From assembly GCA_963666215.2 (NCBI GenBank), contig CAXWPL010000001.1, positions 480,001 through 544,000 on the forward strand: DNA of 64,000 nt, given 5' to 3'. A program made the position numbers and the translations under genes. The notes below the pieces were generated by a model, which was given only the letters and a program-made list of their open reading frames with translations, was not told the DNA's origin and did no database searches. This stretch comes from Acidobacteriota bacterium (GTDB taxonomy: Bacteria > Acidobacteriota > UBA890 > WLXD01). This document shows, in pieces, positions 60,063-64,000 of this stretch (position 1 is its first letter; every line of letters starts with the position of its first letter).

Positions 60063-60840
60063 GGCGCCGTTCCAGGCGACCGCCCAACAGCGCGATCGAC
60101 GAGCAGAGCACGAAATACAGCACCGCGACAAAGATCCACACCTCGAAAACCGCGCGCGTCGACGCAACGACCTCGCTGGCGGCGTAGGTGAGCTCGGGGA
60201 TCGAGATCAGCGAGATGATCGAGGAATCCTTGACGAGAGAGGTCAGCTGATTGACCAGTGGCGGCAGGACGCGGCGCAGTGCCTGCGGCAGCACGATGTC
60301 GCGCAGGGTGGTTGTGCGCGACAGCCCGAGGCTGGCGGCGGCTTCCCATTGGCCTCGACCTACCGACTGCACCCCGGCGCGCACGATCTCGGCGACGTAG
60401 GCGCTCTGCAGCATTGCCAGGCAAACAACGCCGGAGGCCAGAGCCCCGAGCTGAAGCTGGCTCGACAGGAAGAAGTAGAAGACGAACACGAAGACCAGCG
60501 GCGGTGTGTTGCGGACGAGCTCGACGTACGTGCGGGCCAGGGCACGCGGTAACCGTGCGCCCGAGAGTCGGCCCAGACCGAGCCCAACGCCGGCGACCAG
60601 CGCGAGTATCGAGCCCGACACAGCCAGGTAGAGGGTTGTGCCGAAGCCGCGTAGCAACGTGTTCGCCGCCCAGCGCCCCGTCTCGGGGTCGCGAAGGAAG
60701 GCGTATCGCGCAATAACCGACCACCGCCAGTTGTAGTTGAGCCCGGCGCTAACGCGGTACACCAGTGCCGCAAGCACCACGACCAGGACGGCGAGGAGAA
60801 GATGATCACCGAGACGTAACCACCGGCCTGAGCGCGTCAC
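60049..60840 (-). CDS. Polar amino acid ABC transporter permease
   Basis: YVELVRNTP, AEIVRAG..GQWEAA.SLG, LPQA, KDSS. Confidence 0.93.
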   Translation of the reverse strand: MTRSGRWLRLGDHLLLAVLVVVLAALVYRVSAGLNYNWRWSVIARYAFLRDPETGRWAANTLLRGFGTTLYLAVSGSILALVAGVGLGLGRLSGARLPRALARTYVELVRNTPPLVFVFVFYFFLSSQLQLGALASGVVCLAMLQSAYVAEIVRAGVQSVGRGQWEAAASLGLSRTTTLRDIVLPQALRRVLPPLVNQLTSLVKDSSIISLISIPELTYAASEVVASTRAVFEVWIFVAVLYFVLCSSIALLGGRLERRLSHV

Positions 60841-61778
60841 GACGAGCCTTCCAGGTGAGGATCGCTCTCTGTGGACGCGCCTGAGTCGCTTTCCGCCGCC
60901 ACCAGCGGAGCCCAGTCGCGGGTTTCGAACCAGTGGCGGCGACGCTCTTCGAGGAATCCGTCCTCCCAGCGCAGACGGATCCAGTTGTTGAAGACGTTGA
61001 GCGCGTCGACGTCGCCCTTGCGCAGCGCGAACCCTTCGGCTCCGCGCGGAAACTCGATGCCGGCCGCGCGCGTGAGGACTTCCGGGTGATCGAGCAGCCA
61101 GAAGGTGGGCGACGGCTCGCTCGAAACCGTCGCGTGGGCGTTGCCATTGAGAACCTCCTGAAAGCCAGCGCCGTCGTCGTCGAACAGCAAGAGCCGAGCC
61201 TGCGGGAAGATCCTCGCGATGATCGTGGCGGGAGTGGCGCCTCGGCGCGCCGCGAAGGTGATCTCCGGCCGGTTGAAGTCGTCGACCGATTCGAGTCCCG
61301 CGGCGAGCTCACGGTGGCTCACCATGCCCATCCCGGAGTACGAGTACGGCTCGGTGAAGTTCAGTGTGACGTTGCGCTGCGTCGTGATGGTCATACCGGA
61401 CACGATCAGGTCGAAGCGACCCGACAGCAGCGCCGGAACAATGCCGTCCCATGCCGTCGGCACGAGCTCCACCTCCACGCCGAGGTCGGCCGCCAAGCGT
61501 CGAGCAACGTCGACCTCGAAGCCGACCAGGTTGCCGTCGACGCCGCGCATCGTCCAGGGCACAAAAATCGACATCCCGATGCGCATCGTGCCGCGCCGCT
61601 GGATCTCTTCGATCACGCTCGGCGAGCCGCCGCCCGCCTGTGTTCCCGACGTGCCGGGTGCGCACGCCAAGCTGACCAACACGAGGACTAACGCGAGGGA
61701 AGCGACCCATCGCAGCCCCATCCTCGAGACTCGGAGATCGGTGCGGCACGCTCTTTCTCTTGCGGTGAGTTGCACCAT
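60837..61778 (-). CDS. Amino acid ABC transporter substrate-binding lipoprotein
   Basis: Lipobox SLAC, GFEVDVA, WDGIVPALLSGRFD, FTEPY. Confidence 0.92.
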   Translation of the reverse strand: MVQLTARERACRTDLRVSRMGLRWVASLALVLVLVSLACAPGTSGTQAGGGSPSVIEEIQRRGTMRIGMSIFVPWTMRGVDGNLVGFEVDVARRLAADLGVEVELVPTAWDGIVPALLSGRFDLIVSGMTITTQRNVTLNFTEPYSYSGMGMVSHRELAAGLESVDDFNRPEITFAARRGATPATIIARIFPQARLLLFDDDGAGFQEVLNGNAHATVSSEPSPTFWLLDHPEVLTRAAGIEFPRGAEGFALRKGDVDALNVFNNWIRLRWEDGFLEERRRHWFETRDWAPLVAAESDSGASTESDPHLEGSS

Positions 61779-62611
61779 CAGCTCGGGGTTTGCAGCTTGG
61801 CTTCAAGACGACCGGCAAGCGTCGACAACGACGTCGTCGCCACCAGATAGATCGCGGCCACTGTGAACCACACCTCGAAGCTCATGAACGTCTCGGACAC
61901 CAGGTTACGACCCGCCGTCGTCAACTCGGCCACGGCAATCACACTGACAATCGCCGAGTGCTTGATCAGCGACACCGCCAGCGACGTCAACGGTGGCATG
62001 ACGATGCGCAACGCCTGCGGCAACACCACCGACCGATAGGTCTCAAAGCGCGACAGACCGAGGCTAGCGCAGGCTTCCCATTGCCCGCTCGGCACCGCCG
62101 CGATACCGGCCCGGAAGATCTCCGAGGCCAGCGCGCCCTCGAAAACGGCGAGCGCCAGAATGCCCACAGCATATCGATCGAGCCCGAGTACCGGGGCCAC
62201 CACGAAGTAGGTCAGATAGAGCTGCACCAGGAGCGGCGTGCTGCGAATCACTTCGAGGTAGATGCGCGCCAGCGCCCGACCCACGATGAGACCCGAGGAA
62301 CGCAGCACAGCCACCGCCACGCCTATCGATAGCGCCAGGGGCAAGCTCCACAGCACAATTTTCACCGTCGCCGCCGCACCCATCGCCAGCGGACCCCAAA
62401 CCCAATGGCCATCACGCACGGTCAGCAACATCGGCGACACTCGATACCACTGCCAGCGATAGCCCAAGCTCTGCGCACCGTAGCCGATAGCGAGCACGAG
62501 CCCCGTAAGTACGGCCAGGTACAACACGACGTCGCGCCTGGCGGAGGTGCGCCGCGGAGGGCGCCGCTCTTCTGGATCGGGCGACAGATCAGTGCGAGAG
62601 GATTCGTCCAA
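61778..62611 (-). CDS. Polar amino acid ABC transporter permease
   Basis: [29 protein letters not shown]; start approximate. Confidence 0.92.
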   Translation of the reverse strand: MDESSRTDLSPDPEERRPPRRTSARRDVVLYLAVLTGLVLAIGYGAQSLGYRWQWYRVSPMLLTVRDGHWVWGPLAMGAAATVKIVLWSLPLALSIGVAVAVLRSSGLIVGRALARIYLEVIRSTPLLVQLYLTYFVVAPVLGLDRYAVGILALAVFEGALASEIFRAGIAAVPSGQWEACASLGLSRFETYRSVVLPQALRIVMPPLTSLAVSLIKHSAIVSVIAVAELTTAGRNLVSETFMSFEVWFTVAAIYLVATTSLSTLAGRLEAKLQTPS

Positions 62612-63344
62612 GGAACTTTCGCGTCCGGTCGTGGCCAGGGGCATCAAAGAATTGTGACGGCGGGGCGGTCTCGACGATTCGACCCTCGTCCATGAACACC
62701 ATCGTGTCGGCCACGCGCCGAGCGAATCCCATCTCGTGGCTGACAACGATCATCGTCATGCCCTCCTCGGCAAGCTCGATCATCACGTCGAGCACCTCCT
62801 GGACCATCTCGGGATCGAGCGCCGATGTCGGCTCGTCGAAGAGCATGATCTCGGGCTCCATGCACAGACTGCGGGCGATGGCGACGCGCTGCTGTTGCCC
62901 TCCGGACAGCTGCGCCGGGAACTTGTTTGCCTGCTCAGGAATGTGAACGCGCTCGAGATAGCGCATGGCGAGCCCCTCGGCCGCGGCTCGATCGAATCCA
63001 CGGGCCCGCATCGGCGCCAGAGCCAGGTTGCCGAGAACAGTCAGGTGCGGAAACAGGTTGAACTGCTGGAACACCATCCCGGTCTTGCGGCGGATTTGTG
63101 CGAGGGCCTCGCTGCGGTTGCCGCGAGGCCCTTCGGTATGGGTTGCCGTCAGCTCGACGCCATCCACGACCACGCGACCGCCGTCGGGGCTCTCGAGACC
63201 ATTGATGCAACGCATCAGTGTCGATTTCCCCGAGCCGGACGGCCCACAAATCACCACACGGCCACCGCGCTCGACCTCGAGATCCACATCGCGAAGCGCT
63301 TGAAAACCGCCGAAATACTTGTTGAGATGCTCGATCGAAATCAT
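62589..63344 (-). CDS. Amino acid ABC transporter ATP-binding protein (GlnQ-like)
   Basis: [36 protein letters not shown]. Confidence 0.96.
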   Translation of the reverse strand: MISIEHLNKYFGGFQALRDVDLEVERGGRVVICGPSGSGKSTLMRCINGLESPDGGRVVVDGVELTATHTEGPRGNRSEALAQIRRKTGMVFQQFNLFPHLTVLGNLALAPMRARGFDRAAAEGLAMRYLERVHIPEQANKFPAQLSGGQQQRVAIARSLCMEPEIMLFDEPTSALDPEMVQEVLDVMIELAEEGMTMIVVSHEMGFARRVADTMVFMDEGRIVETAPPSQFFDAPGHDRTRKFLGRILSH

Positions 63345-63439
63345 CAGGTCAACCAGACTAGCGCGGGTTGTCGGCGCCAGGCGAATCGGCGAACATCGCG
63401 CTCGGCGCCCTGTAGCCACCTCACCCGCGCCGACTCCCG

Positions 63440-63599
63440 CCATGATCCGCGCGCCGTGCTCTCGATTCTCGTGCTCGTCTTCGGCGGCCAACCCGGCGTT
63501 GCAGGCATCGTCTATTTCCTGATGGGCCCGCTACACGCCTTCATGGGCTTCCACAACGCAAGGCGCGCCGAGATGATAAAGGAACACCTGGAAGTCTGA
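63440..63599 (+). pseudogene. Membrane protein C-terminal fragment (possibly TMEM175/DUF1211-like)
   Basis: [30 protein letters not shown]...*; no plausible 5' part. Confidence 0.35.
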
Positions 63600-63668
63600 T
63601 TTAGCGATACTCTGTTGGTGACAATTTGCTCTAACCACTCGCCAAACTTTCCCTACGGAGATGATCCG

Positions 63669-64000
63669 ATGACGCAATCTCGCCCGGCGCTTATGCCGCC
63701 ACGCCTGCTGGTTATTTCGCTGCTGCTGGTGATTTCGCTACCGGTTCCCGGCCGCACCGCCGTTGCGCCCGACGACGTCGACCTCCACGCCGTCTATCGC
63801 ATCAAGCAGGAGGGCCTGAACAACTCTCAGGTCATGAACATCCTGAGCTGGCTCACCGACGTCCACGGGCCACGACTCACCGGCTCGCCCAACCTTCGTG
63901 CGGCTGCCGAGTGGACCGTGGAAATGTTCCGGGAGTGGGGCATGGAGGCGCGCCTCGAGAACTGGGGTGAGTTCGGCCGCGGCTGGTCGAACGAGCGCGT
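63669..64000 (+). CDS. M28-family secreted peptidase, N-terminal part (runs off the window)
   Basis: Signal peptide; RIKQEGLNNSQVM..LTDVHGPRLTGSP..FGRGWSNE. Confidence 0.85.
   Translation, partial: MTQSRPALMPPRLLVISLLLVISLPVPGRTAVAPDDVDLHAVYRIKQEGLNNSQVMNILSWLTDVHGPRLTGSPNLRAAAEWTVEMFREWGMEARLENWGEFGRGWSNER

Noticed and set aside
1-64000. CRISPR array, cas genes, rRNA
   Set aside because: No regularly spaced repeat-spacer pattern or rRNA-like sequence seen

Overview
GC-rich bacterial DNA, most consistent with Acidobacteriota. This rests on the PadR + ADOP-type ABC permeases, several Ser/Thr kinase-TolB/PD40 propeller genes, and the amidase-GerMN-rdgB-tRNA-Pro block. The window mixes intact housekeeping, peptidase and transport genes with many truncated or fused gene fragments and several IS elements. 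These are an IS21 without target duplication, an IS1-like cargo element with 18-bp IRs and an 8-bp TSD, a complete IS481 with a 6-bp TSD, and IS481 and IS6 remnants. The main accessory feature is a ~9.2 kb degenerate island at tRNA-Pro(TGG), bounded by a duplicated tRNA 3' half. It carries a bioB-bioF-bioA-bioD operon, a pair of paralogous small secreted beta-strand proteins, an F420-type PPOX enzyme, a serine recombinase remnant and internal direct repeats. Other notable items are a DUF2064 / ArsM-like methyltransferase / radical SAM cluster, an ADP-ribosylglycohydrolase with a Cys-rich N-terminal extension, an AKR-RidA fusion and a charge-polarised Fn3 repeat protein. No CRISPR array or rRNA was seen. 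All family calls are from motif recognition by eye, and some frameshifts and junctions may be assembly or sequencing errors.
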